Positions 1 through 9,691 of a stretch of 64,000 nt of DNA are shown in pieces. The DNA is taken from IMG/VR virus record IMGVR_UViG_3300028581_000026, positions 22,554 through 86,553 of that record; one strand, written 5' to 3'. The notes below the pieces were generated by a model. That model was not told the DNA's origin. It did no database searches and saw only the letters and a program-made list of their open reading frames with translations. Made by a program: the position numbers and the translations under genes. Origin of the DNA: a virus. The first letter of the stretch is position 1, and each line of letters starts with the position of its first letter.

Positions 1-858
1 TGGTGATGTGACTTGTGGTGGTGTTATTGGTTCTGTATCACTACTTTGAGCCAATATATTTTTTGACTCTGGAGTTGATGCGTATTGGGCTACTTTGGTA
101 TCTAAATCAGGTACAATTTTTCTTAATTCATCTTCAGTTCCTTTAAAGTCAGTTAATCCGTACCAATCTAACCAACCCATATACCATTTAGTATTCCCCA
201 TCAATTTTCTAACTGCTGGTCTACCTAAAGACTCAAATGTCTTTAATTCCTTTCCTGCTAATCCAAAAATTTCTAACCAAGATTTTGCAGTATTAACGAA
301 CCCTCCACCTAAAAATGGAATATATTTAGCGGTTTGTTCTAACATTTTTATTACTTTTTCACCCCAAAATGGTGCTTTCTCAAGAATTTTTACAACAGGA
401 CCACCAACATTTTTTGCAGTTTCAGCTATTTTTGCGGCGTCTTTTGCTAATATTGCGGCTTTTAAAAGATTAACCCCTTTACCACCAACCTTTATTAAAT
501 TAAATGTCGGTTTTAATACACCCCCAAGAATGTCGCCAATTAATGGTACTGCACTAATCCAAGACAAAATAGCAAATAGGATGTCGCCTTGTCTCCAATA
601 ACTATATCCATTATATAAGTCAATTGGTGTTCCAACAACAGGAAGCATACCTAAAACATCCATAACTGTATTATACCAACGAGCTTCATTAATATTTATT
701 TTTTTATTTGGGTACAATACATTATATATTTCCAAAACAATTTTTTTCTCGTTTTTAGATAATTTATTCCATTTTTGTTTTGTTATTATTTTTTCTTTTT
801 CTTCATGGTACAATTGATTGACTTTTTGTTTGAATTGCACATCAGTTAAAATTTCCAT
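1..858 (-). CDS. Partial ORF (runs off window start) with pre-toxin-TG-like hydrophobic hairpin; putative virion/ejected protein
   Basis: Not in ORF track. ATG at 858, open to position 1: MEILTDVQFKQK...DVLGMLPVVGTPIDLYNGYSYWRQGDILFAILSWISAVPLIGD...; TATTTAT motif just upstream (872-878). Confidence 0.75.
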   Translation of the reverse strand, partial: MEILTDVQFKQKVNQLYHEEKEKIITKQKWNKLSKNEKKIVLEIYNVLYPNKKININEARWYNTVMDVLGMLPVVGTPIDLYNGYSYWRQGDILFAILSWISAVPLIGDILGGVLKPTFNLIKVGGKGVNLLKAAILAKDAAKIAETAKNVGGPVVKILEKAPFWGEKVIKMLEQTAKYIPFLGGGFVNTAKSWLEIFGLAGKELKTFESLGRPAVRKLMGNTKWYMGWLDWYGLTDFKGTEDELRKIVPDLDTKVAQYASTPESKNILAQSSDTEPITPPQVTSP

Positions 859-900
859 AAATATGTTTTCTATAAATACTCAACAAACTAAAAAAGGAAC

Positions 901-1734
901 TCAATGAGTCCCTTCCATATTCTTAAATATATGTGCTATCACATCCACCGTCCATCCATTCCCCAACATTTTATACCTCTGAGTATTTGATAACCCACTC
1001 GTATAATTTAGTGGTAATGTTTGCATTAACTCACAATCTTGTGGTGAGTATTTATAAATCTGTCCCAATTCATTTTTACAAAATGAATTAACTTGTCCCT
1101 TATACATTGTCGCGGTTAAACAAGATGCTTTCTCTTTGTAGTGTTGGACAACATCCTTTCTAATCTTTGGTCCCCCATAAAATAATAAGTCCAAGTAGTT
1201 CGGATATTTGTCTTTAAATTCTGGACTGATAACATCACATATTCTTAAACCCAAATCTTTTGGTTGTGTTATGTTTGGAATATTTGTCCAATATAATCTT
1301 GGTCTATTCTGACAAGAGACCAATTTACTATTTATCTGAATTGGTTTAACACCCATTTGTTCAGATATAATATCTTGCCACTCCTGTTTCATTACAACAT
1401 TTTCAAGTAGAAAATATTTTGGATTACATTCATTTTTTATTCTAACAAACTCAAAGAATAATTTACTCCTTGGGTCATCAAAGTTCAATCCCTTTCCAAC
1501 ATTTGAAAATCCTTGGCAAGGTGACCCACCAATTATAAGGTGGATTGGTGGTAAGTCAGAACCTTTAATTTGTGTAACATCCCCAAGTTGAATTGTGTTG
1601 GGGAAATTCTTTTGTGTTATTTTGATTGCATAGGGATCAACTTCACTTGAGAAATAATTTTCATATTTTATTCCTATTTTATTAAGTGCGACTTGTCCAC
1701 AGCTAACCCCATCGAAAAGACTTAGTACATTCAT
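901..1734 (-). CDS. DNA (cytosine-5) methyltransferase
   Basis: Motif I SLFDGVSCG, motif IV GGSPCQGFS, motif VI LLENV, QNRPRLYW, motif X GNGWTVDVI. Confidence 0.95.
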   Translation of the reverse strand: MNVLSLFDGVSCGQVALNKIGIKYENYFSSEVDPYAIKITQKNFPNTIQLGDVTQIKGSDLPPIHLIIGGSPCQGFSNVGKGLNFDDPRSKLFFEFVRIKNECNPKYFLLENVVMKQEWQDIISEQMGVKPIQINSKLVSCQNRPRLYWTNIPNITQPKDLGLRICDVISPEFKDKYPNYLDLLFYGGPKIRKDVVQHYKEKASCLTATMYKGQVNSFCKNELGQIYKYSPQDCELMQTLPLNYTSGLSNTQRYKMLGNGWTVDVIAHIFKNMEGTH

Positions 1735-1754
1735 TATTTAATATTTTTATAAAA

Positions 1755-2375
1755 TTAGTTGATTTTATTTGAAATGTCAATTTGTCTGATAACACAATCC
1801 AAGATATATTTCCCAACATTGGGATCAACACAATTTCTTATTATTTGGTCTTTTCTATGTTTTAGTTTAAACACCCTTAAATCAAAATATCCTTTGTCAG
1901 ACATACCTCTTTCGTTATGGGTTAAACCATCTTTAATTTCAATTTTGGGAATATCAATGTTTGTCCAAAACAAATGTCTTCCCAATTTTATAGTTGGCTG
2001 AACAAGTGTCTCATAGTATGGTTTAACATTTTCAACAACGAATTTTATATTGGTGTTTTTTGTATAATTTTGTAAGAAAATAATCTCAGCCCATAATTTC
2101 ATATCTGGCATAACTGAATCGTAACTTCCACTTTTACTTGCCATCATTCTAACTTTGCTATGACTTTGACAAGGTGGACTAGACCAAATAAAATCAAAGT
2201 TTCTCCAATTCTTGGCAAGGTATTCGTGAGCATCACCAACAATTACATTATCATTCGGAAAAAAATGTTTATATACATTTGCAATTTCTTCATTATACTC
2301 AATGGCTGTTACTTCAACATTTTCCCAATATTTTCTATTTCCCCCAATTCCAGCATATAGATTTAATACATTCAT
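1755..2375 (-). CDS. DNA (cytosine-5) methyltransferase, short phage type
   Basis: NLYAGIGG, WSSPPCQSHS, VVENV, C-terminal RNCV. Confidence 0.9.
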   Translation of the reverse strand: MNVLNLYAGIGGNRKYWENVEVTAIEYNEEIANVYKHFFPNDNVIVGDAHEYLAKNWRNFDFIWSSPPCQSHSKVRMMASKSGSYDSVMPDMKLWAEIIFLQNYTKNTNIKFVVENVKPYYETLVQPTIKLGRHLFWTNIDIPKIEIKDGLTHNERGMSDKGYFDLRVFKLKHRKDQIIRNCVDPNVGKYILDCVIRQIDISNKIN

Positions 2376-3433
2376 TGTTCAATATTTTTTAATATGTGTG
2401 CAATAACGTCCACCGTCCATCCATTTCCCAACATTTTTCTCGCTTGAGTTGATGTGACAACATTAGTATAGTTATCAGGAATTGTTTGTAGTCGTTCCAT
2501 TTCAATTAAATGTAGTTTTCTATATCTCCAAGTATTATCAACAATATAATCCAATGGTGACTCTACTGTAACCAAACAATTACCTTTACCATTTTTCTGC
2601 TGTGCATACATCTTATGTTCTTTACTCCTAGGTGTTGAGTCCTTACCAGTTTCCTGTCTTATCTTTCTCCTCATATCTTTACCCTCTTGAGTTCTTGTTT
2701 CATAAAATGAAATTGGTGTGTTATCTGACAAATTAACAACAATTTTTTTACTATTAATTGCCTTGAAAGTTATTGCTAATTCATTCTGTTCAAAATCTAT
2801 ACTAGACCTTAAATTTGAAATTTTTTCATCAATTGATAACCCCATCGGTTGTTCTTCAACTATATCTTTCAACATAATTTTCTTATCAATAGGTTGGGTT
2901 ACATTGGGAATGTTTGTCCAATACAATCTTCTTCTGTTTTGTGCTGAAACAAGTGCTGAATTGATTTCAATAGGTTTGACTCCCAAGACATCAGAAATCA
3001 TATTTTCCCACTTCTTTAACATCTTAACGTTTTCTAGTAGAAAATATTTTGGTTTAACTTCTTTCAGTATTCTAACATATTCCCAAAATAGATAAGATTG
3101 TCCTTGGAACTCAAATCCATCATTTTTCAATCTTAGATATTCATCCAAAGTAGTAATCTCATAATTGTCTTTTGTTGCCATACCTTTCATATTACCAGCA
3201 AAAGACAAGTTTTGACAAGGTGAACCACCAAATAAAATGTCTATTGCAGGTAGATTACTACTAGTTATTTCTTTTATGTCCCCCAATTGAATTGTATTGG
3301 GGTAATTGTGTTGTGTTACTTTAATAGCATACTTATCCACTTCTGAGGCAAAGTAATTATCATACTTTATCCCAGCACGATTCAATGCAACTTGGCCACA
3401 ACTAATTCCATCAAACAGACTTAATACATTCAT
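2372..3433 (-). CDS. DNA (cytosine-5) methyltransferase
   Basis: SLFDGISCG, GGSPCQNLS, LLENV, QNRRRLYW, GNGWTVDVI; paralog of 901-1734 with a different variable region. Confidence 0.95.
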   Translation of the reverse strand: MNVLSLFDGISCGQVALNRAGIKYDNYFASEVDKYAIKVTQHNYPNTIQLGDIKEITSSNLPAIDILFGGSPCQNLSFAGNMKGMATKDNYEITTLDEYLRLKNDGFEFQGQSYLFWEYVRILKEVKPKYFLLENVKMLKKWENMISDVLGVKPIEINSALVSAQNRRRLYWTNIPNVTQPIDKKIMLKDIVEEQPMGLSIDEKISNLRSSIDFEQNELAITFKAINSKKIVVNLSDNTPISFYETRTQEGKDMRRKIRQETGKDSTPRSKEHKMYAQQKNGKGNCLVTVESPLDYIVDNTWRYRKLHLIEMERLQTIPDNYTNVVTSTQARKMLGNGWTVDVIAHILKNIEQ

Positions 3434-3675
3434 TTATTTTCCAATTGATTAATATGATGTTGAAGATACCACAAGGCTTTTTTAAGGTCTTCAATTTCTT
3501 TTGATTTATCTTTCTTTCCAGCTCTACTAATATACTTTACGGTGTTACCCAAAGCAAATCCTAATTCCCAAGCATCAATAACTTTGATGGCTTCATATAC
3601 ATTTGATTCTCCCCCATAATGACTGGGGTGATTGATATTTTCTTTCTTCTCCCAAGTTTTAGTTACGGTCTCCAT
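3430..3675 (-). CDS. DUF3310 family protein (T7 gp1.7-like)
   Basis: INHPSHY...GFALGNTVKYISRAGKK...EDLKKALWYL signature. Confidence 0.85.
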   Translation of the reverse strand: METVTKTWEKKENINHPSHYGGESNVYEAIKVIDAWELGFALGNTVKYISRAGKKDKSKEIEDLKKALWYLQHHINQLENK

Positions 3676-3869
3676 TTGATTTCTTCATTTTTAGTTTTAT
3701 TCATATTTTTTCCTGTTTTTTCATAATCTTGGAGAAGTTGTTCAACTATATTATCCAAAGGATTATTTCCGTTTTCTTTTTGGGATTGATAAACGGATAA
3801 GGATACATCTTTTGTTTCCTTCCAACCTTTTGTGTTGGTCAATGTGATTCTGATTTTTAATGATTCCAT
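3663..3869 (-). CDS. Hypothetical protein
   Basis: 68-aa ORF tightly packed in the operon. Confidence 0.6.
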   Translation of the reverse strand: MESLKIRITLTNTKGWKETKDVSLSVYQSQKENGNNPLDNIVEQLLQDYEKTGKNMNKTKNEEIKWRP

Positions 3870-3908
3870 ATGTTTTTTAAAAATGATAAAATATTTCAGT
3901 TAAATTGT

Positions 3909-4604
3909 CTATCTAATTGTTAAGTTTTTTGATTGGAATATATAAGACAATACCTTTCTCTTTATTAATGGAAATAACGTTTCTTCGAATGGAACGTCTT
4001 TGGAACAAAAGATATTGAACACTGGTAACTCATTCTCTTTTGATATGATAATTTTTAATATGTTGGGATCAGTAACTTCAGTAAATGTTGTCTTGTTTGA
4101 ATTCTTATACTTTCTAATATTATACTCCCAAATCTTGGTAAAATTATTAGATTTGGTATTACAATAACCCTTCTTTGAAGTTAAGTTATCTTCGTTTAAA
4201 ATGGAGGTTACTTCAATGGAATCGTAAACTACTGTCCATATTGATTTAATGATATTGAAATAATCCTGAAGTTTTGTATCACTATATTTCAATATTTCTT
4301 TTAATTCGGTTCTTTTTGGTTCTGTAAGATTGGGGATTTCTTTTGTCTTTAAATCGGTAAAACTTAATTCTTCATCAATTGATTTAAGTTTTTTATCAAC
4401 ATATATAATTTTTCCGTGTTTGGATATGTTTTTGATATTTGCTAAATGGAGGGTTATTTCCGTAAACATTGGATAAACTTTCATTTCTTCCAATTGGGTA
4501 TTTAATTTTTGGAAATAACCCAACAAAACATATTGTTTTTGTTCTGCATCAATTACACCATGGAACAACCAATCTGTATCCATCAAAAACTTTAATTTCT
4601 TCAT
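3909..4604 (-). CDS. Hypothetical protein
   Basis: 231-aa ORF; TATATTTG (Bacteroidota -7 consensus TAnnTTTG) on the minus strand at about 4610-4617. Confidence 0.75.
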   Translation of the reverse strand: MKKLKFLMDTDWLFHGVIDAEQKQYVLLGYFQKLNTQLEEMKVYPMFTEITLHLANIKNISKHGKIIYVDKKLKSIDEELSFTDLKTKEIPNLTEPKRTELKEILKYSDTKLQDYFNIIKSIWTVVYDSIEVTSILNEDNLTSKKGYCNTKSNNFTKIWEYNIRKYKNSNKTTFTEVTDPNILKIIISKENELPVFNIFCSKDVPFEETLFPLIKRKVLSYIFQSKNLTIR

Positions 4605-4640
4605 AATACCAAATATAATTAAAGTTTTGATTAAAATAAA

Positions 4641-5987
4641 TTAATTAATTCTCATTACAACAAATCTATGTCTTTGACCATCCGAGGTTGTAACCATTTG
4701 TTCATCATAACTCGACAAAATTCTAATTCCATCAATATCTACCATCTCTTTAGCTATTTCATCAATATCCACATAATATTTCAAATCAGCACCCATATTT
4801 GTTAGATAATCAATTGGGCTTTCACTATCAACCAATGAATCAACTTTATCTTCAATCATTTCATCTGTTGGTTCGGTGTCAGGTTCAATACCATCAAGTT
4901 CCTCTTGAGCATTATCAATCAGTTCTTGAATTTCATCATATTTTTCAGAATATTCATCTGGGTCTTCAATTTCATCTTCCAAATTACTTTGTTGTTCTTC
5001 CAATTGACTAATATAATTTTCCAATTGTTCTTTTCTTTCTTCTTGTTCTTCTGTTAACTCAAAGTCATCAGAGTCAAACCAAGATTCTGGACTATCACGG
5101 ATACTATCTTCATAATGTTCTCTCATTTCATCTCTTACTTGGTCTTCATCAATGTATTGTGCTAAATCAACACCTTCAAGTCCAAGTTCTATCGTATATT
5201 GTAAAGCAGATTTTTCAGCGTCAGCCATAGTTCCAACAGCATATTCTTTCCCTCTATGTCCAACAACTTCAAACATACTCATCTCATAGTGTCTATATTT
5301 CATTGGTATGATAGAATATACATCGGCAACATCGTTAGTCAAATCATCAATTTCTTCTTGTAGATTATCAATTTCATTATATAATTCTTCCCTTTCTTCG
5401 GAGTCTGGGTCTAATTCAGCACCTTGTTGTACTAATTCTTCAATTCTTTCCTTTAAAGATTCAATTTCTTCTTTCGTATCTTCATCCATTTCATCTAGTT
5501 CTCCTTCACTAACCAAATATTGGTATAAGGCATTGACTATTAGTCCTTCGTCATCTATATCAGGATTATCCAAATCCCATTCACCACTTTCTTTTCTTTC
5601 TAGGGCTAATTCCTTTTTTTCTTGTTCCTCTCGTGCAATCCTTCGTTTTTCTATGGGTGTACCCCAATCAGTAACATAACCTTTTACAATGGTTTTACCA
5701 ATGTCAGATATCTTGGTATGTGATACATCTAAATTACCATAAATGTAAGCAACATTACCCAACTCAGTCATTTCTGGCATATCACTCAATTTTAAATTAC
5801 CTGTTATGTAAAGTGGTTTTCCTTTGAATTTTTTAATATAAGTTGCATCGGCTTGATAATACGCCATCTTCATTAATGTTCTATATTCATCTGGTGCCAT
5901 TATATAATACTCATAATCCTCATTTTGTTCTTTCAACAATTTGATTAACCTTTTGAATTGTTCTTCGTTTAATATTATTTTTCTCAT
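4641..5987 (-). CDS. Highly acidic coiled-coil protein with MRKIILNEEQFKRLI leader
   Basis: 448 aa, very D/E-rich, two internally similar coiled-coil blocks. Confidence 0.8.
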   Translation of the reverse strand: MRKIILNEEQFKRLIKLLKEQNEDYEYYIMAPDEYRTLMKMAYYQADATYIKKFKGKPLYITGNLKLSDMPEMTELGNVAYIYGNLDVSHTKISDIGKTIVKGYVTDWGTPIEKRRIAREEQEKKELALERKESGEWDLDNPDIDDEGLIVNALYQYLVSEGELDEMDEDTKEEIESLKERIEELVQQGAELDPDSEEREELYNEIDNLQEEIDDLTNDVADVYSIIPMKYRHYEMSMFEVVGHRGKEYAVGTMADAEKSALQYTIELGLEGVDLAQYIDEDQVRDEMREHYEDSIRDSPESWFDSDDFELTEEQEERKEQLENYISQLEEQQSNLEDEIEDPDEYSEKYDEIQELIDNAQEELDGIEPDTEPTDEMIEDKVDSLVDSESPIDYLTNMGADLKYYVDIDEIAKEMVDIDGIRILSSYDEQMVTTSDGQRHRFVVMRIN

Positions 5988-6325
5988 AATAGTTTTCTTA
6001 ATGTTCTTCTTATTTGTTCTGACATCTCTCTACCAGGATTTATATTATCTGATTTATCATCCTTAGTTGGTTGTCCACCACCAGTTCCAATTGGTTCATA
6101 TGTTACATTAGGTTCTTTATATTTGAATGGACCATCATTGAATTTGAATGGGGGGTCATCATCGTCACAATCATAATATCCTTTTTTGCAACAATCCAAC
6201 CATGTTCCCGCCATACTAAACATTTCTTGTGCTTGTTTATGATGAGGGTCTTTTCTCATTCTACCTTCATCGTGTTTAGGTTTTAATAATTTACTATATT
6301 TCTTTTTAATAAAATTAAGTCTCAT
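5984..6325 (-). CDS. Hypothetical protein; possibly the C-terminal half of 6356-6760
   Basis: In frame with the upstream ORF across a single TAA. Confidence 0.55.
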   Translation of the reverse strand: MRLNFIKKKYSKLLKPKHDEGRMRKDPHHKQAQEMFSMAGTWLDCCKKGYYDCDDDDPPFKFNDGPFKYKEPNVTYEPIGTGGGQPTKDDKSDNINPGREMSEQIRRTLRKLL

Positions 6326-6355
6326 TTTTCTTATTTCTTCTACTGATACCCCAAT

Positions 6356-6760
6356 TTATTTTGATAGTAATTCAGCAAACTCATAAAACTTGGGATCAGG
6401 TAAATGGTCATATTTTTTAATGAAATCATTTATCTTTTCTTCATTACTATTTGATGAAAAATTTCTTTGAGCAGGTAAATCTACCCCACTTTTATATTTC
6501 TTTTTCAATTCATCTACCTTATAGTGTGCGGTATTGTATATCCTGTGTAACATATTCAAATGTTTTTTATCACAAACATTATCACTTGGTGCTAACTCAT
6601 TCAAATGTTCATCTAGTTCCATCATAAAAGAATATGCTTCGTCAAAAGATGTGTAAGTATTATTTTCACCAATCGTAGGTTCGTTTAGTTTGGATTCATT
6701 TAACACCCTTTTAACCAACTTGGTTAAATCTCGTTCTGTACGTCTGATTATTTTTCTCAT
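6356..6760 (-). CDS. Hypothetical protein with MRKIIRRTERDLTKLVKRVLNE leader
   Basis: Start re-called to ATG 6760 (track starts at 6943, overlapping the GIY-YIG gene); TATTTAT upstream. Confidence 0.7.
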   Translation of the reverse strand: MRKIIRRTERDLTKLVKRVLNESKLNEPTIGENNTYTSFDEAYSFMMELDEHLNELAPSDNVCDKKHLNMLHRIYNTAHYKVDELKKKYKSGVDLPAQRNFSSNSNEEKINDFIKKYDHLPDPKFYEFAELLSK

Positions 6761-6817
6761 TAAAAAAGTATTTTTGTTTAATTTACATATAATAAATATA
6801 TCAGTAATTAGATATTT

Positions 6818-7420
6818 ATGGTTATGAATATTGGGATATATAAAATACAAAATAAAATAAACAATAAAGTTTATATTGGTAGTTCTATTGTTTTGAATAA
6901 AAGAAAGTATAAACATTTTTGGATGCTGAACAAAGGTGTTCACCCAAACATTTATTTACAGAAATCTTATAATAAAAATGGTACTGAGGTTTTTGAATTT
7001 GAAATATTGGAATTATGTGAAGAAAATGATTTAATTTCAAGAGAAAATTATTATATTAATTATTATAAGTCTAATGAGATGGAGTTTGGTTACAATTTAG
7101 CATTGGTTGGGGATTCAAGAAGAAATATTGTAAGCGATGAAGTTAAAATGAAATTATCAAAACATAATCAAATTAAAAATGGTAATTTTTCAAAATATAG
7201 TTTAATCAATTTGAAAAATAATATATTTAACATTTTTGATAACTTAAAGGATGGTGCTAGATATTTATTAGATAATGGGTTCGCTAATGGTAATGAAAAA
7301 AATGTTAGACAAACATTATCAGTTTGTTTGAGGGGTAAACCAATAGACAATGGTAATAAAAAATGTAATACAATCAGACAAACTTGTTATAGTCATAGAT
7401 TTGAAATCATAAACAACTAA
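6818..7420 (+). CDS. GIY-YIG homing endonuclease (free-standing)
   Basis: GIYKIQNKINNKVYIGSS...R...H...E...RENYYI...GYN. Confidence 0.9.
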   Translation: MVMNIGIYKIQNKINNKVYIGSSIVLNKRKYKHFWMLNKGVHPNIYLQKSYNKNGTEVFEFEILELCEENDLISRENYYINYYKSNEMEFGYNLALVGDSRRNIVSDEVKMKLSKHNQIKNGNFSKYSLINLKNNIFNIFDNLKDGARYLLDNGFANGNEKNVRQTLSVCLRGKPIDNGNKKCNTIRQTCYSHRFEIINN

Positions 7421-7434
7421 AAAACAAAACAATT

Positions 7435-7584
7435 ATGGCCGGATGTGGATGTAAAAACAAACCAGTTCAACCTACCCATTCAACTCCAGCGAATCAATCT
7501 CAGCCAAACACTCAGAATTCGCAAAGTAACACAATTCAGGAGTCAATCAAGAAAGTCGTTGAGAAATATTATAAGAAAAAATAA
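7435..7584 (+). CDS. Small 49-aa protein MAGCGCKNK...
   Basis: Below track cutoff; A-rich leader, followed by a terminator. Confidence 0.65.
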   Translation: MAGCGCKNKPVQPTHSTPANQSQPNTQNSQSNTIQESIKKVVEKYYKKK

Positions 7585-7609
7585 TATTTTTTGATGGGGA
7601 GGTAAAATG

Positions 7610-7636
7610 AAGGGGACATTATTTGTCCCTTTTTTT
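7610..7636 (+). terminator. Rho-independent terminator
   Basis: aaggggaca-ttatt-tgtccctt followed by a T-run. Confidence 0.7.
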
Positions 7637-7680
7637 ATTTATATTGTCATAATTTTTTTGTATACATTAATTAAAAAATT

Positions 7681-8502
7681 ATGAAATACATAAACACATT
7701 TTCAAAGGAGGGGTTTGTTAATCTATTTGCGGATTATATAATAAAAAATATTGACCCCATCCACAAATCACGTTTTCAAGTTATTGATTTTAAATCATTT
7801 TTGGTTGTATATGGTTCAACATCCTCTGATACTGTTTTGGACTTAAATAAACTTAGAGACACCTTTGTTGAACAACATAAATCTTTAATTGATTTTCTAA
7901 ATCTAAAACATATTAACATCATTGACTTAATTGATTATAGAGAACCACTAAATTCAAATGAATTTCATTTCACATATTACAATAGTGATAGACCAATATT
8001 CAATCAAAAGGTAATTGATGAAGTTAATAGAGAAACAGAATATAACAAAGAGTTTTTGAATAACATAAATTATACAGACAAGTTGGAGTTAGAATTCTAT
8101 TCCCCATTTATGTCTCACAACTTAACTATTGTCAATTCTACGAACTTTATGTCCGTGTCCTCATCTTTCCCTTATGGTTATAGTCTAAATCTTGGTAGGA
8201 GAGAGTTTTATTATGGGGAGTATGTCTGTAATCATCTGTTTGATATTTTGGTCACAGATAAGATTCTATTCAAATATACCTCTGATATAATTGATGATGA
8301 TTTGAATGTAGATATTGTTTGTGATTCAATATATGATTTTAAAGATATCAAATCATTGGTGCTAGATGTATTTGATTTTAACTTTAATAAGTTCGTCAAT
8401 GACTATCTAAATGACTTTGATATTGAAACCGATATTACTAATCAGTTGGGCGATAAACCTTGGTTGGTTAAAGATAGAATGAAAGATTTGATTATATTTT
8501 AA
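7681..8502 (+). CDS. Degenerate S-adenosylmethionine synthetase (MetK)-like protein
   Basis: FADYIIKNIDPIHKSRFQV...FLVVYGSTSSDTVLDLNKL echoes the MetK N-domain; FPYGYS resembles MFGYA; catalytic motifs absent. Confidence 0.45.
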   Translation: MKYINTFSKEGFVNLFADYIIKNIDPIHKSRFQVIDFKSFLVVYGSTSSDTVLDLNKLRDTFVEQHKSLIDFLNLKHINIIDLIDYREPLNSNEFHFTYYNSDRPIFNQKVIDEVNRETEYNKEFLNNINYTDKLELEFYSPFMSHNLTIVNSTNFMSVSSSFPYGYSLNLGRREFYYGEYVCNHLFDILVTDKILFKYTSDIIDDDLNVDIVCDSIYDFKDIKSLVLDVFDFNFNKFVNDYLNDFDIETDITNQLGDKPWLVKDRMKDLIIF

Positions 8503-8505
8503 ATT

Positions 8506-8537
8506 AAAAATCCCCACCTTAGAGATGGGGATTTTTT
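8506..8537. terminator. Bidirectional terminator between convergent genes
   Basis: aaaaatcccca-ccttagaga-tggggattttt. Confidence 0.8.
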
Positions 8538-8540
8538 GTT

Positions 8541-8993
8541 TTAGTTAATTGTGTATAACTCAAAATATACATACAATTCACCCTGAAAGTTATCAGCTCC
8601 TTCGGTTGCGGGATTTGCGTTATATAACTTAAATTCCAATCCTATAGGACCTCCAGTTGAAATCAAATAAGGTATTGCGTTATCATCACCTGTCTGACTA
8701 TAATACACCGAGAACTGTACATACACATTATCTATATTACCTACAGTTAAATCCAATGCTGGATTATTGATGTAAAATGTTACATTACTAGTAAACGCGG
8801 ATGTTGGTGCTGTTGCCGCTGTAATATTAGTAATGTCAATAATCCCAAATGTTGTATCTACTGTAACGGTATTAGTTACATCCAAATCCAATTCATAATG
8901 TTTAGTGTCTTTTCCAGTTACATTGATTCCGTTTACTGATAACGAAGTTGTGTCAACTGTGTCTGTGATTAATCTGTCTACTTTTAATGGCAT
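8541..8993 (-). CDS. Hypothetical beta-rich protein, possibly virion
   Basis: 150 aa, T/N/V-rich; TATTTAT upstream (about 9028-9034). Confidence 0.65.
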   Translation of the reverse strand: MPLKVDRLITDTVDTTSLSVNGINVTGKDTKHYELDLDVTNTVTVDTTFGIIDITNITAATAPTSAFTSNVTFYINNPALDLTVGNIDNVYVQFSVYYSQTGDDNAIPYLISTGGPIGLEFKLYNANPATEGADNFQGELYVYFELYTIN

Positions 8994-9070
8994 AATTTGT
9001 TTTTTTTTAGTTTATGTTTATTTCAATATAAATATTTACAATATCAATAAAGTCATTATAATGTGAAATC

Positions 9071-9099
9071 AAAAATCCCCACCGATTATGATGGGGATT
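9071..9099 (-). terminator. Rho-independent terminator
   Basis: aaaaatcccca-ccgattatga-tggggatt; same stem as 8506. Confidence 0.7.
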
Positions 9100-9102
9100 G
9101 TT

Positions 9103-9390
9103 TTACATTAAGAACTTTTTAATTATTTCAAGACCTTCCTCCAATTCATTGAAATCAACCTCTGGAGCAAATAACATTGGTATTGGTTCATCTGATTCAC
9201 TTTCATCAACCAACATAAATGATGGAACGTAATCCTTACCAGTTAATTCAACAAAGATGTCAAACTCATCACTATACTCATCAATGTCCCTATCGTAAAA
9301 ATGAATTCCATTATCTTTTAACATTTGTTTGAAGACTACACAATGGGGGCATCCCTTCATTGTATATAGGATTACCAACTTATTATCCAT
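9103..9390 (-). CDS. Glutaredoxin-like protein
   Basis: LYTMKGCPHC, YVPSF cis-Pro loop. Confidence 0.85.
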   Translation of the reverse strand: MDNKLVILYTMKGCPHCVVFKQMLKDNGIHFYDRDIDEYSDEFDIFVELTGKDYVPSFMLVDESESDEPIPMLFAPEVDFNELEEGLEIIKKFLM

Positions 9391-9691
9391 TGATTAAGTT
9401 TTTAACGATTGTATTTAATTCTCCTTCAGTCATTATTCCCGACTTAGTAAATACTTCCCCACCATTATTAAATGCCTTTGTTGTTGGTACAGCTCTGACA
9501 CCTAATTCTATGGCATAGTCCCCATTGTGTTCAACGTTCATTGTGTACATAGGTATTTGAGAGTTTTCGGAAACTTTCTCAAATGTTGGTTTATACATTT
9601 TACATGGGCCGCAAAAGGACACCCAAAAGTCAACTATGACTTGTTCCCCATTATTAATCTTTGACTTTAATTCTTCACTTGTAATTTCCAT
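9383..9691 (-). CDS. trxA: Thioredoxin
   Basis: VDFWVSFCGPCK, GVRAVPT. Confidence 0.9.
   Translation of the reverse strand: MEITSEELKSKINNGEQVIVDFWVSFCGPCKMYKPTFEKVSENSQIPMYTMNVEHNGDYAIELGVRAVPTTKAFNNGGEVFTKSGIMTEGELNTIVKNLING

Noticed and set aside
95-601. 168-aa plus-strand ORF, and other antisense ORFs in the track (e.g. 2718-3095, 5308-5679, 19615-19962, 33947-34357)
   Set aside because: Shadows of longer, motif-bearing minus-strand genes; their composition mirrors the antisense codons.
6818-7420. Group I intron around the GIY-YIG gene
   Set aside because: No interrupted host gene or room for intron core structure; the gene appears free-standing with its own upstream motif.
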